A stretch of DNA of 64,000 bases from Phoronis australis (lineage: Eukaryota > Animalia > Phoronida), in contig NMRA01000025.1 of assembly GCA_002633005.1 (NCBI GenBank), forward strand, positions 1,157,160 through 1,221,159, given 5' to 3'. The position numbers were made by a program, and so were the translations under genes. Below, one piece after another: positions 1-14,584 of the stretch (position 1 is the first letter of the stretch; every line of letters begins with the position of its first letter). The notes beneath the pieces are model-generated. The model did no database searches and was not told the DNA's origin. It worked only from the letters and a program-made list of their open reading frames with translations.

Positions 1-118
1 TTTAAAGCCTTCAAAATCAGCTGTTGATTGCATTGTCTTGTTACTCTGATGTGAATAAAAATGTGAAAAAATTAAAAGAGAAGACATAAATTAATGAAAA
101 CTCCGTGACCCATGGCCT
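1..118. mobile_element. Right end of a Kolobok-like element
   Basis: Ends ..ccgtgacccatggcct|TTAA. The reverse complement TTAA-AGGCCATGGGTCACGG resembles the 14163 terminus. Confidence 0.45.
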
Positions 119-1184
119 TTAAGAAAACATGATGAAATTATTAGAGGACTGACATTATCTTAATTGGTTTAAGGTTCAAAGGAGGCGTGTTTAAAATATC
201 AGTGGTTTAGGTTAAATCAATTCAACCTGAACCCACTTGTAGAGTTGGTTTCGAATCGATGTAACCAAACTGATTCCTACCTTTTGAAATCTTAATGTAC
301 AAATTAATTGATGCTGCTCATTTAATTTATGCTAAAAATCTGATCAAATGGGCTTTTAAAGAGAAGTGACATCGATAATGAAACATAGTTCTTATTACCT
401 ATGGGCATTTGTTTTGTAGGAGATGGTACTTCATAATTTTGGATTTGAATTTTTAATTATTTTGTTCATAGATTACCTTTGGCCCAAATGTTACAATTGA
501 CAATAATGCTATGCATTTGTCTAACACTTCTAGTTAATTGCCATTTTGCCTTTCTGAAATGTGGATGAACCATGTCATACTTACTCCTGGTATGCTCCTG
601 GGATTTTACAGGTCCGTTGTAGAAATTCATATTAATACAATGCAGGCAAATGGATAAAAGTAGGCGTTGGGAATTCACCTTTATAATTCTCTTGTTTTTT
701 TTATTGCCTTTTGTCCCATTTTCAAGATACCTGTGCTTAACATGGTTGTGACCTAAATTGGCCATTTATCAGAGCACTTTACTACCAATGTGTGCTAATT
801 CATTATCACATAAATTAGGTCTTCAAACTAGTGACCCATAAAGTTAGGTTGCCTCTGTCATCAGTGGGTTTGTGAAATCAGCTGATATGGAGGCGTGTCT
901 ACACACAGTTGGCCATGAAAGTAGTTCCTTTCATTCATAAAAATAATAAGGGTCCTACTGTTTTTACGTATGCAGGTATTCTAAAATTTGGCTTGGTTCA
1001 CTTTGGTATAGTTGCATGCTAAACGCCAGCAAAATATTGTCAAAGGCCTGTGGCAATGAAAGTTGAAGTTTTTAATGAAAATAATTGCATCTTTTGATTA
1101 TTCTCATGTGATCAACTTTTTGAACGCCTTGAGTTACTAACAAATTTCATTAATTGACATTTCTCCTCGCCACACCCCCCTCTG

Positions 1185-3686
1185 CTTTTCAAAAAGGATT
1201 GGCCATCTTTGCCGGAGGGCAATAGCAAACAAGCTGTCTGGGTGTATACTCACAAATCCTGCTTCATCAATGCACCCTCAAATAGACAGTGTAGAATTAC
1301 CTGACCTGCACTCCTTGAGTACGACCCTTGTTTTTAGTTGTGGTATTATTATATCTGAACAAGTGTCTGGGGTTATGCACCTTAGTGCCCTTGAGCGTGT
1401 AATATGAAACCAATTTTGTATAAATGCTGATCTTAGTTGGAATCTAATGGTCACCTTTATGAGAATGTACTTTCGATGTGGTCGCCCCTGCCGTAGAAGT
1501 ATTATTTTTGTAATTACCATCATCTTTGAGTTTGTCTATCTCAAACAAATACCACTCAACTATAATCTGCCCAATTTGTCCCATTCTATTTACTTGAGAT
1601 ATTTTGCAATAAGTGATTAACTGGATTTGCAGCACAAAGTTTGCTTCACGTCCAGCATGTTTCCTTGGTAGGGCTTTATGTGAACTGTATCTGATGGCGC
1701 AACACAAGCTGACCAGCCATGGTTGACTTGTGTAGAACTCTTTATTGAAACAGATAAGGTTTCTGGTACACCACGAAGGTACAAGTTAGGCCCACCTCAA
1801 ACTCAGAGGTAACATACGTGAGGTGCATGGTTAGGCATTGATGAAAAAGTTTTTTTTCTAGGTACGTAAAACCAAAAAAAAGTACAGAATAGGGCAATAT
1901 GCACTTTCACGGTACATTTTCTTTGTAACAATTAGTTGCAGGATATTCTCACTCAGACTAAAGGGTGTTGCAAGACTTATAGAGGAATAATAATATGTAA
2001 TGTCAGTTACAATCATATCAGCAGGCAAAATATGATAATTTGTGTCTTGAATGACATTCCAGGTCTACCATTAAGCTAAATACATGTTGGTTCAGTGCTC
2101 CAAGACTCAATGTTATGTATGACTACTTCACTGGAGTATTGCTCTCGCTTGTGTCACTGCAAAACAAAAAAGTATGGTATATCGCTGTCAGCAATTGTGG
2201 ATTTCACGTGAGGTTCTTGTAGGGAGATAAGTAAGCGGTGTGTCCTCCGCAATTTTTCGCTGAATTTTTTCACCAGGTTTTTTGTCTTGCCAGCGATTGT
2301 AAAATCACGGCTAGAAAACATTTGTGAAACAATTTCTTTAAAGTAAAATGTAGTTATAATAATAGATATCAAAATATCTCATTGAAGTTGTTTCGAAACA
2401 TTCTGAAATATTGTTGTTTCTACCNCTTTTCAAAAAGGATTGGCCATCTTTGCCAAAGGGCAATAGCAAACAAGCTGTCTGGGTGTATACTCACAAATCC
2501 TGCTTCATCAATGCACCCTCAAATAGACAGTGTAGAATTACCTGACCTGCACTCCTTGAGTAGGACCCTTGTTTTTAGTTGTGGTATTATTATATCTGAA
2601 CAAGTGTCTGGGGTTATGCACCTTAGTGCCCTTGAGCGTGTAATATGAAACCAATTTTGTATAAATGCTGATCTTAGTTGGAATGTAATGGTCACCTTTA
2701 TGAGAATGTACTTTCGATGTGGTCGCCCCTGCCGTAGAAGTATTATTTTTATAATTACCATCATCTTTGAATTTGTCTATCTCAAACAAATACCACTCAA
2801 CTACAATCTGCCCAATTTGTCCCATTCTATTTATTTGAGATATTTTGCAGTACGTGATTAACTGGATTTGCAGCACAAAGTTTGCTTCACGTTCAACATG
2901 TTTCCTTGGTAGTGCTTTATGTGAACTGTACCTGATGGCGCAACATTAGCTGACCAGCCATGGTTGACTTGTGTAGAACTCCTTATTGAAACAGATAAGG
3001 TTTCTGGTACACCAAGTAGGTACAAGTTAGGCCCACCTCAAACTTAGAGATAACTTACGTGAGGTGCATGGTTAGGCATTGATGAAAAAGTTTTTTTTAT
3101 AGGTTCGTAAAACCAAAAAAAAATACAGAATAGGGCGATATGCACTTTCACGGTACATTTTCTTTGTAACAATTAGTTGCAGGATATTCTCACTCCGAGT
3201 AAAGGGTGTTGCAAGACTTATAGAGGAAGAAAAAGTGCCATGTTCTCATAAATACGTAATGTCAGTTACAATCGTATCAGCAGGCAAAATATGATAATTT
3301 GTGTCTTGAATGACATTCCAGGTCTACCATTAAGCTAAATACATGTTGGTTCAGTGCTCCAAGACTCAATGTTATTTATGACTACTTCACTGGAGTATTG
3401 CTCTCGCTTATGTGTCACTGCAAAACAAAAAAGTATGGTATATCGCTGTCAGCAATTGTGGATTTCACGTGAGGTTCTTGTAGGGAGACAAGTAAGCGGT
3501 GTGTCCTCCGCAATTTTTTGCTGAATTTTTTTCACCAGGTTTTTTGTCTTGCCAGCGATTGTAAAATCACGACTAGAAAACATTTGTGAAACAATTTCTT
3601 TAAAGTAAAATGTAGTTATAATAATAGATATCAAAATATCTCATTGAAGTTGTTTCGAAACATTCTGAAATATTGTTGTTTCTACC
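1185..3686. repeat. Apparent 1.24-kb tandem duplication (two haplotypes joined at N 2425)
   Basis: 1185-2424 and 2426-3686 are nearly identical, with scattered SNPs and one indel of about 20 bp. The junction is a single N. Confidence 0.9.
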
Positions 3687-6600
3687 TTTCTTACTTTATG
3701 CTTTTTGCCACAGTAAGCTGAATTTAACAGATTGTTTCTGTCTTTTTGCTCTAAAACATTTTCCAGTTGTGAAATCAATTGAATTAACAGGTTGACTATA
3801 TATTGAATTCAACAGGTTGTATATTAGTTTTGTTATTTTATCTGAATTAGTGTTTAACCACTTTCCATAGATCCCCAGACACATATCCCACATTTTCTGC
3901 TGAACATAACCACAGTTTACCACACTTGTTGGTTTCCCTTGGCTGTAAAGTCAAGCAGCTTGAGAATTGTGGTTTTGTGAGGTTTGTTTTTCTGACTAGG
4001 TTCCCAGGGTCCAGGAATGTACAATTTCTTGCATATTTTTCTAATAAATGGTATTCTGTACTCATTGGCAAGGTTTGTAGTTTAGGTAAAACACGTTTAT
4101 AAGGCTAAAAACATTGAATTACTTTTTGCAGTTTTATTACTAAAAACCGTCAATTAAGATAAGCTTTGATAGTAAAAAGGGATTTTTGCATTTCATGCTG
4201 TTTGACCCGAGTTACCTATTTGCATAGTTTCAATACAATTTTCCAGACCTCTTTAAGGATTTAAGGGAAGGTAATAAATGGACAAATATTTGTCATGTGT
4301 CTACTCACTGTGATAAGTTTGAACCACAGAAGCCTGTTGCTGAAGGAGGGGGCTTGTCCCTAGCAACCTCAGCAGGTCACTCGGTTACACTGATATTTGG
4401 TTTATAAAGCTGCGCATGAAATATAATTACACCTCAACAATTATTTAATAACTCACAAGTCTGCTAATTTATACATTCAATTTGGTGATCAAAAATCACC
4501 ACACGCTTTTGTCTTTTACAGGTATTTTTAGCAAAAATTATCAACTTTGCTATCAATAGATTTAACCCTCGTGTTAACCATTGTTCATGAAGTGTTAAAA
4601 CACTAGACTTGTAGTCTTGCACATTGAATTTGTAATTTCATACTAGTTTTGTGTTGAAGAAACCTAATGATGGTGAGTGAGTTTTTTTAATTGTTACCAA
4701 TAATGATTTCAAGTATTAAATCAATAAAATTAGTATTTCAATTGATTTTATCTTGAAATTCCTCCCATTGATGTCCTACAGCCGACTTACAGGTATTCTT
4801 GTTTTGCAGATATATATCATGTAACCAAATCTTGGTGAAATGTTGTTGTATTCATGAGGGTTTTGTGTCAAGTGGTAACTATTTTGTCCTTTTGGTTCCG
4901 CCTATGTTTCCTTGGGAGTGTGATATAAGCTTTGCACTCTTACCCCATATACCTGTAAGTAGTTCCACATCTACAGGAGGTATGATCACCTGTTGAGGAT
5001 ACTGATTGCACTTTGGCTAGTATTTATCTCAATAACCTTAAACCTATTACGTATGTGCTGAATTCACATGTGATGCAAGCCAATAAATTCCTGCTGCCTA
5101 AAACAAGATTTTCTGTTCATCAAGTACCATCTGCACAGTTGTAGTGTATCAGCGTCACTTTACCTGCTCTGTCTGTTGCAGCTCGAGTCAGAGCGTCAAT
5201 AGTCCTTCACCATGATTTCTCTATGTTGAGTGTGACTAAGCATGGCTTTACACCCTGACAATGTAGAGTGGTTAGAGTCTGGGAATCCAGAGTGGTCACT
5301 CAAGTTCAGTTTGTCTTTTTAAGATTCTTTAGAGGCACTGTGCTGAAAATTCTTTCAAAAAATTAAAAGTTGCCATTTTTGGTTATGGATATTGAAAGAT
5401 TTACTGTTGTGCTAGATAGGTATGAACACTTTTGTCAGTTCTGACTATTGCAGCTACCCCTTGTGGTGAAATTACTGTCTCCATGCACCTTGCATGTAAC
5501 TGATAAGTTTTCTGGTGTACTAAGGGTAGATGTCAACACTTCCCTTTGTGGTGCTCTTTAGTAGTTAGAGACCCATAAGGATCAGTAAGAGCGATGTAGT
5601 TATTCAAGAACTTTTCTTATCCTTTGCAGTTTTGCATGCACTGTGGCTAAAGGGTGTTGTGGAAATTTACTTTCTTCTTATTATTCTCAATGTTTGAAAA
5701 CAAATCAGGCACTTGGGAGGGTTTTAACGATTTGATCAACTTTAGAAAACTAGAAAGTTGCAATTATTGGCAAAAATCTTTGTAAGAAACGATAAGAGGC
5801 CATGGATTGGGTTTGGTTTCCTTAGTTTTTGTTGACTCGGGTTTCTTTAAGGTACATCACTGGTAGAGACTTAAGTTTGCCACTTGCCCTGGCTGGCCAT
5901 GTCACCATATAATCTGTGCTTGTGGTGACAGACTAAGTCTGTGCCCATGGCCTGATAACAGGTATAAACTCATCACTGACTCAGTGGATCAGTGTTGGGT
6001 TTCATTGCTGGACTGCTGTTTGCTCATTACCAGTGTCATAGGAACAATACTGCAGAGTGCCTGCCACTGGCTTAAAGTACCTGTAATTCGTTTGTATTCG
6101 GCGCACTTCAAGTTAGATTACTGTAATTGGCATGGCTTTTGTTACAGCCACTAAATTATATCTTTGTTAGAGTAGTGCTTAGAATCCATTAAGCCCCCAA
6201 GTCTCTGAGGTGGAGGTGTGTGACACTGACATTATTTAGTGCGGGCCTTCTGCCAGGTGGAGCCAATATGCACTTATAACTTAATTGGTTAATTTAGGTA
6301 AATCTTATATCAAATGTGTATGGAGTTATAAAATTGTTGTATGTATTGGTTGGAAAGCCCATTTCTGTAGTGTCTGGAGTTTGTGTTTTCAGTCATGGAT
6401 TAAATGCATTGACCTGGTACCAAAGTTCCAAATAGTCTTAATTTGCTTAAACAATGACTAATACTTCCAATACTCATTTTCAAACTCTGAGTAAGTTTTC
6501 AGACTTTGTGCAAGTAAGCCAAATGGCAAAATTCGAACCCGACACAGTAACAGCAGCTATTTGTGTGTTAAACTTCCTGTTTATTGGGTACTTTAGGTTG

Positions 6601-7292
6601 ATTCAAACCTTGTCTTGTTATTCATAAAGGGCTCACCTCATCCAACCTTTTTCATACAAGAACAAAAGCAATTCTTCAAAGTGTTTAAAACTAGTGAGAA
6701 ATCTTCTGTCAGCTTAATCTGTTGAGTAACGTAGCTGTATACCTTTTCTTTTGTAGCTGTATACCTTTTCTTTTGATATTTCACCCAAGGGTTATAGACA
6801 ATAATCACCTCTCAACATCAGTGCTCACAGATGATAACAATTCCCATTATAATCAGCAATGTGAAGAGTTTGTTTTCCCAGACCTTTTATAAACACTGAG
6901 CAGCATTTAGCCACTGGTTACCTGGGGTGACTTTGTGTACCTGTTTTCACACCTGATGCTGGAGACTCTTTGTGTTAATTACTGTGTCAATGTGGGGTAT
7001 AGACTGTACCAAGTGACCCCTCACCTCTGGTTAACCTGTCTGCATTTATAGGTTATCATCTCCCATTTGCTGTGAAAATCTGACAAGGCTGACCCACCAC
7101 CTCTACTCTAATCAGTCTTTAATTTTATCTCAATGTTTACAAACTTGTTATAGAGTTGATTTTCTAAACAGTACTGTTAGTCCAACTTGAAACTTCTTTA
7201 ATTAGGTTTCCTTTTGTGTTGGGAATATTAAAATAAATGCATTTTGGTATAAAGAACAACTGCTATGTTAACATTTTCTTGCAGAAAGAAAG

Positions 7293-7434
7293 GACTCCAC
7301 GGTAGAGTTCAGCCGCTATAAACATCTAGCCAAATTGTTTTTTGTCATTTAAAATACACTGAAATATCTCACATAATCTCGCGAAGTCTTGTTTTCTAGC
7401 GAGGCCCTAGCATTCTTGAACTCTACCCAGGGCT
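7293..7434. mobile_element. Short inverted-repeat MITE-like repeat, with a partial second copy at about 14750-14850
   Basis: GGTAGAGTTCA and TGAACTCTACC form an exact inverted pair. The right half resembles 14765-14848 (aatcttgcaaagtcttg..cctagtgttattgaactctacc). Confidence 0.5.
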
Positions 7435-9909
7435 TCTCTAATGTGAATTTTTTCGTAATTGTAAGTGTTAATTGTTATTGACATTGAGATTGCTGGGGCA
7501 AGCTCAGGCATATTGTCTACAGCAGTTTCAGCTATCATCCCAATCTATATACATTGTTACAAGCCTACCTGCCTCAGGTGTGTTGAACTCACAGAGCAAG
7601 GTGCGTCTCCAGGTAAAGTTGCATGGCCAGGAGCCTCGAGTAGTTTTATGAACCCGACATATGATGAACTAGTAAACAGCCGTGGGGTTATCATTTATGC
7701 AGATTTCTATTGTGCTGTGTCCTAGGCTAGGGTAATATTGCATACGCTAAAGGTAAATCACCTGGCTTGGTATTTGCTGTGATTATAGGAATGACGCATT
7801 TCTACTATCTTATGATATTATAAGTTCATAATTACTGGTAACACTTTGATTATGGTGTTGGAGACTGTTTTTCACGATTGTTTATACTGTCAATTTCATT
7901 TATCAACCTACAACTTACAACAATGGACTAAACCTACTGTGAAAATTCTCCATTATGAAACATTCAGATATTTACTAATTGTTTTTGCTCAAGGTCAGAA
8001 CTTTTTTGTACTTAATTTTAGAAGTAAGAATTTTGGCCATCCCAAATAACGATCACTGACAATGATCATTCACCTCTATGTTCACCCTGTGAGAAAGTGT
8101 TAAAAGGTTGTGTTAGCAGCTACTTCTAAGAAGTTTATGAACTGGCTATTGTATTTTTGGATTTTGTTGCAATACAAAAATGTGGCGTTTAAAATTTGTC
8201 CCAATCTTCAGAATCACAAAAATTCAATTTCTGCTCGAGTTTCCTCGTCCCAAATTTTAGAAACTGTCCCAAACTGGAGAATCATTACTGTATTTGTGCT
8301 ACTTAGGTTGTGAATTTGCATTGTTTGAAAAACAGATAAAGGACTCATTAATAAACCACATGGCACGAAATCAAAGTCTGTTTATGATATTCGTAAAACC
8401 CTGTATTAACTCACGTTTTATATTCCACAGAGACTCTTCACTCAATTGCATGCTGTTGTATGAAAACTGAAAATCTTTATGAATGAATGGTGTCGCCTGT
8501 GAAACGAATTGCTTACATAATTACATATTTCATGACTTTTAGGTGTTGCCAGATTTATAGTTATGTATGTTTTCAAATTAGTCCACTTCAAGATGGAGTC
8601 TTGAGTCGTCGATTTGCTGCTTTTCTTGTTACAGAAATTTCCGATAATGAGTCCCAGATCAGAAAATGGTTCTGTTGCCCCTAATACATGCCCACCCTAT
8701 TTCTGGAGGGGACTATAAACGTAAAGTGTGCTGCCACAATGACATGGAATGCGGACCGAGGCTTGTTGGGGGGTTTATCAAGTTACCACTGAAGTATATT
8801 TTGTAGATAAGTCAATTACTGTTGAAATAAACTATATATAGTTTCTTTTAAAACCTTATGGTTTTTGGCAATTGCTGACTCGGATTATTTTGGGAAACCT
8901 TTCATATTTTTGGAAATTTTACTTATGGACTTTGGAAAGTTTCCTGATTGTGGACTCATGGATGAAGCATCTCATCTTACCTAGGAGATGAATGTGGATT
9001 TGGTACAAGTTACTTACAGAGGTACCATATTTTGGGAACCAGTTTTTTCTAGTGAATAATGGGCGTCAAACTGGTTCTCAAGCTCCCTGCAAGTGGTGAT
9101 TTCTCAATTGTTGACAGCAGATACACACTTTTTAAATCACATCAACTTTTCTTTTTTCGTCTGCCATCATCGCTGTAAATCCTCACCATTTAACAACCAG
9201 GCATGGATCAAAATTTGAACACCAAAAAGTGCTATTTTGGGACTGCATGTATTTTGTTAAAAGTGGATAAAATTTCTCTTTCTTGCCATGTTGTGTCCCA
9301 AATTTGTGAGATCTTATTTTAAGACAACATAAGGTCTATGAAACGAAATGGTACCCAAAACTTGTGACACATGGTGGTGTGATTGGATGGTCAGTCCTTC
9401 CTAAGTCTTTATTTGATTAATATTTGTCTTGCAGTAGATGTCTTGCCTCTTTGTAGTGTTTGATTTGGTTAATGGATATGTCTAGTGGATCAAAGTTCAC
9501 TATAGATTGCCATGCTAAGTCATCAAACATCAGCTGACAAGCTTGTCAAGAAAAGTGTGAACTTGGTAGCAGATGTACACTGGTCACTCATTAGGGCATG
9601 AAAGTAGTCCCGGCTTGCTGATAGTATACTAGGCTATCAAGAGTTGGATAAACTGGGGGCTGACACATCTGTGTCACCATAGGTAACTAACTACACATTG
9701 CCAGTGGGTTATCTAGTCTCTCTTTGTGACCAGTCAGGTGATTTACCTGACCATAGGGCCCCTGTCTGGGATGTTGGTCACCTGGACGTAGCCTGCTGTG
9801 ACGTAAGGAATCGACAAAAAGGGGTTTCCATATAATTGATGGATGATAAATGTTCATTAGAAAATTGCTTGCATGGTTCTATTAAAAAATTTCATTTCCC
9901 TCCCACGGN

Positions 9910-10415
9910 AGGCCCTTTCATATTGACTTAACTCCGGTCTGAGCGGAGCGTCGACGTAAACAGCGCAGTTAACTGGACCGTTCATATTGGCTTCGGTAGT
10001 TAATGACCATCGAAGAAAAGGGTTGGTGACGCTGACGTCATCGAAGTTATCGCAAGGTAGCGCTGCACGCTAAGATTTTTTTCAATGTGACAATTTGGAA
10101 CATTTAAATGTGCTAAATGACAGTAAACTCATTTTTAAATCGATTGGTTATCATTAAAGCAAACAATAAGTAGTTATTAGTGACGGCACTACTCTGTAAC
10201 TGTTGACGATAACAGTGGCACCTGGCGATAACTTCGATTGGACCGGAGTTAAGCGTTCATACTGCACCGCAGCGTCGACGCTGCGGTCTTAAATCCACCT
10301 ATTAACTGCGATGTTAACTGGAGCTCTTAACTGCGATCCAGGACCGGAGTTAAGCGTTCATACTGACCGCAACTCCCCAAACCATCGACGCGTCGACGTT
10401 AGTATGAAAGGCCCT
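9910..10415. mobile_element. PIF/Harbinger-like palindromic MITE
   Basis: TIRs AGGCCCTTTCATATTGAC and GTTAGTATGAAAGGCCCT (15/18). Internal repeat GACCGGAGTTAAGCGTTCATACTG occurs twice, plus a partial inverted copy and GTCGAC-centred palindromes. CpG-rich; the left flank is lost at the N (9909). Confidence 0.75.
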
Positions 10416-11358
10416 TTTGATATACTTAAAGTATGTTTCACATCCATTTTGGCACATAGATGTTTTGTCAGTCAATGTAAACGGTGGTGTTCTTCGGTGG
10501 AAGTTAAAAATCCCCAGTAAATTTTACAGTAAACTGGTGGATTTGACAAACTAATGTTGTTAAGACTTGCATACAGTCTGAAAAGTTAATTAAGATTGAT
10601 GTCATCAATGTTGTGGACCTTTGTTGTATTATTGAACAGTTTTAACTAATGTTCATTGAATTCTACAACAGTAAGCTATTCCTTTGTTATATAAACATAT
10701 GCATATGTGGTTAGAAAATTGTTGGTGTTTAAGAATGTTTGTACACAATTCTCATGTCCACATTATGATATACCCTAGAAAAGCTTCTCCCGTTTCATTA
10801 CAGCGTCCACACTATACACACCATGTGACAAATATGGCACAAAAATGATTGGACACTCCTATGTGTCAACCTGTAGTATATAACTTCCCTCTTGGGGCGA
10901 GTTATCGCAGAACAAGTTGCCCTACCTGGATAAGGTGGGGGTGTGCAAGTTGCCAAACTTATGTCAAGTTGTCCTAGCACCACTAGTGTTCACCTTGTTG
11001 GTAAACCCAGTGACAACTACTATAACTTGTGTAGACAATAATTTACAATTACCATACTTCAAGATATCTTACAATTGAATGACAAGGTTCATTTAAAAGG
11101 GCTATATTTTCTTTAATTGCCAAGTAGATTTGATAAAAGTCCTCAAAATTGCCTTACATCTGTTAGCAATTTAGTGTGTGTTAGTACACACAACCATGTT
11201 TTTGTGTTTTAGCAAACAATTTTTTAGACACCTTAACATGAGTAAAATGGACTTAAAGATAAGAAATTTGTGTATTATTCTGATGAGAAATATTAGCTTA
11301 TCTCATGTTGCCCCCTGCAGTGGCTACACTCCTGTAATTGTGGGCATACATGGATGGG

Positions 11359-12195
11359 CATTCACAGAACCAACTTGTTGTTGATTTGACCATCCCATAG
11401 TGTTATCTGTGTCCACTTAAACCACCTATGTAAAGTGCCAGCAACAGGTTTACTAATTAACTACTTGTCCATTGACTATCAGCTGTGTTGATAACACTAT
11501 TATCAAGTAATAGTTGACAAAAGACCCCTATCTCTTCTGCTGTGTGGACAGAAGGCTGGTCTCCCACAGGTAATTAACACTCGCCTGTAGGATGCATTTT
11601 AAAAATTGCCCACTTTGTGTGTTAGGGTACTGTACCTTTGGCAGTTAGGATGGATCTTTAGTTTTTGCATGTATTCGGTTCCTAAATAATAAAATTGTGT
11701 GGAAGACATTTTCCAAGAGGGTTAGCCTCATGTAGGCTCTAAGCATTTATACATTATGTCTTGTTGGCCTGTTTACNCATTCACAGAACCAACTTGTTGT
11801 TGATTTGACCATCCCATAGTGTTATCTGTGTCCACTTAAACCACCTATGTAAAGTGCCAGCAACAGGTTTACTAATTAACTACTTGTCCATTGACTATCA
11901 GCTGTGTTGATAACACTATTATCAAGTAATAGTTGACAAAAGACCCCTATCTCTTCTGCTGTGTGGACAGAAGGCTGGTCTCCCACAGGTAATTAACACT
12001 CACCTGTAGGATGCATTTTAAAAATTGCCCGCTTTGTGTGTTAGGGTACTGTACCTTTGGCAGTTAGGATGGATCTTTAGTTTTTGCATGTATTCGGTTC
12101 CTAAATAATAAAATTGTGTGGAAGACATTTTCCAAGAGGGTTAGCCTCATGTAGGCTCTAAGCATTTATACATTATGGCTTGTTGGCCTGTTTAC
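11359..12195. repeat. Apparent 418-bp tandem duplication joined at N 11777
   Basis: 11359-11776 versus 11778-12195, with a few substitutions. Confidence 0.9.
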
Positions 12196-13843
12196 TGTAA
12201 AATATATATAATGAAAAATTATTCACTGCATGTTGTGTTTTCTTGGAAATATTTGCATCCATATATCAAGGCGTTCAAGGTGACTGGGGATTTTCAAAGT
12301 GTAATTGTAATTAGATTCCTGAAGCCAAAAGTGACATCATTATTCATCACCTATGTGACAATTCTTAGGTGTTTAGATATGTGAAGATAGAACTTATCAT
12401 GTTTGTGGTCTTTTAGTAAATAAGGAGCATAGCAAACAACTATCCAAAGCTGTGGCTTCAGGTGGTGAACCTAAGGCAATGTAGGTCCCTAGGAAAATGT
12501 CCAAGTGTGACGTGGTTGGGAATATTTCTCAGAAATGGCTAATTGGATTCATATGAAAATATCAGATAATATGCGCCATGTACAGTTCTCCAAAACTGGT
12601 AGGAATTGTTTTTAAACTATTTCACTATTTGAAGAGCTATAGGAAAGAGATTTTAATGATTTTCTTGAACAAATGATATTTTAGACAGCTGTAATGTTCA
12701 CCGTTTTTGTGATCTCATATAAAATTGGGGTCCTGTTTTTGATACTGTTGTTTCGCTGTTGATCTACCTGTCTTTTTTGCTAAATTTTACTTAAAATACG
12801 TGGTCATGTGATCGAATTATTGGCTGAATGGTATAAAATCATCAGGGTTTTCTATTTTCAGAAAATGTATACTTTTGCCAAGTTTAAATCCGTAGTTTTG
12901 TAGGTATTTAGCTAAATAGGCAAAACTTGTCAGTAGGGTCCTATTACAGACATGGCTTATATCTCATAGACCCAGGCTTCAGCTAAAACAGTGTAGGCTG
13001 AAATGTTACACGTTCAATAAGTGGGTTAAAAATTTGACTCTCAGCTGCGAGGTCTCTATGCTTGTCATAGCGTGCTAACTTTCTGAGTTATCTCCTCCTG
13101 AAGGCAGGTGATGACCTTGACACTGACTTACTTTTGGTTCTGTTGGGTTTGCACTATTACAGTGTGCTCCATTAGATTTATATGGGTCGGGTTGTTCACC
13201 AGTCACTGGGTAAACTCATTGACCAGTGTGTCTTATGAATACTGGCAGCAGCTGTAAGAACTCCGTGGGTGTCGCTGCAGTTCTTGTTCGAACCAAATCA
13301 AATTTTCAAATGTATGATATTAAAAGTAATATATTCATAAATGTGTATTAAAATGAAAGTGACAACTTGAATTTCTCATCTGATTTCATGGTGTAAGATG
13401 GACAGTTGTTTCACCTGTGAAAGAGATGGACATTATGACCTCTGTAGACTGGTCATCCTGTGATTACATAACATGCCTGACTTATATAACCTATGCTATA
13501 TGTTACATGATATTCAATCAGACTTTTAATACTGTCAATACTGGTGGGGATAACAATTGTTTGGATATTCAATGTCATCCAACTTAAAGTGTTGTTAATG
13601 ACTTGTCAGATTGATGGATAACTCATTTTGCACCTCTTCAGCTATCAAGCATTATAATGTTCTTGTCAAAATGGTTCAAGAATGTTTTCAGAGTCTTTGT
13701 TTGAAGAAAAATGGCTGCTAGAGGTGGACAACAACTTTTTAGGGGCGTTTTTCTGAGAAATGTCACAGGTTCATATAAGGGATGGTCAGTGGTAAGCACC
13801 AAGTTGTCGAATGTTTTTTGTCCTACGGAGAGCATACTGCCTA

Positions 13844-14584
13844 TTTCTGGCACATCGCCAACGGAACTGGAGAGAAATGCACTTCAAATTTTCAAGGGCT
13901 GTAAAAGGGCCACCACTGTGATACCTGTCTAGCAGTGATAGAAGTGGTGGACACATGTTGTAAGTGCTGCTTAGCACAGGCAAGACTTTGACAGTTCTGT
14001 TGTCTAATCTGTGATGACCTTAGTCGTATGTTTTCCATCTTGTGTCACTTTGTTTTACATGTGGAGTATTATCTGAATATTCACTCTAGATCTTACTTTG
14101 TTAGCAATTAACCATGCATTAGTTAGCTTGAAAGGTAAGACACTGGACAAGTAACTACTTAAAGGCCTATGGTCCGAGTTATAGAAGAAAAAACCTCTTA
14201 ACGCCGTTTAAGCCGGTTTTTTGATGTGACATGGAGTTCAAAAAGTTATTAACTTTCAACTTTTNTTTCTGGCACATCGCCAACGGAACTGGAGAGAAAT
14301 GCACTTCAAATTTTCAAGGGCTGTAAAAGGGCCACCACTGTGATACCTGTCTAGCAGTGATAGAAGTGGTGGACACATGTTGTAAGTGCTGCTTAGCACA
14401 GGCAAGACTTTGACAGTTCTGTTGTCTAATCTGTGATGACCTTAGTCGTATGTTTTCCATCTTGTGTCACTTTGTTTTACATGTGGAGTATTATCTGAAT
14501 ATTCACTCTAGATCTTACTTTGTTAGCAATTAACCATGCATTAGTTAGCTTGAAAGGTAAGACACTAGACAAGTAACTACTTAA
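13844..14584. repeat. Allelic 319-bp overlap joined at N 14265
   Basis: 13844-14162 versus 14266-14584; the copies diverge exactly after a TTAA. Confidence 0.9.
14163..14264. mobile_element. End of a TTAA-targeting (Kolobok-like) element present in one haplotype only
   Basis: Copy 1 reads ..aactacTTAA|AGGCCTATGGTCCG.., while the allelic copy reads ..aactacTTAA|cttcac (14581). An AG terminus after TTAA fits Kolobok. Confidence 0.65.

Noticed and set aside
1185-3686. True tandem gene duplication (repeated ORFs 1278/2519 and 2154/3449)
   Set aside because: The junction is a single N, the copies look allelic, and the ORFs have no recognisable motifs.
14105-14134. 30-nt AG..GTAAGA exon-like segment (a similar 24-nt case lies near 4248-4270)
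   Set aside because: Contains a stop in phase 0, so it is incompatible with the phase-0 chain, and there is no other support.
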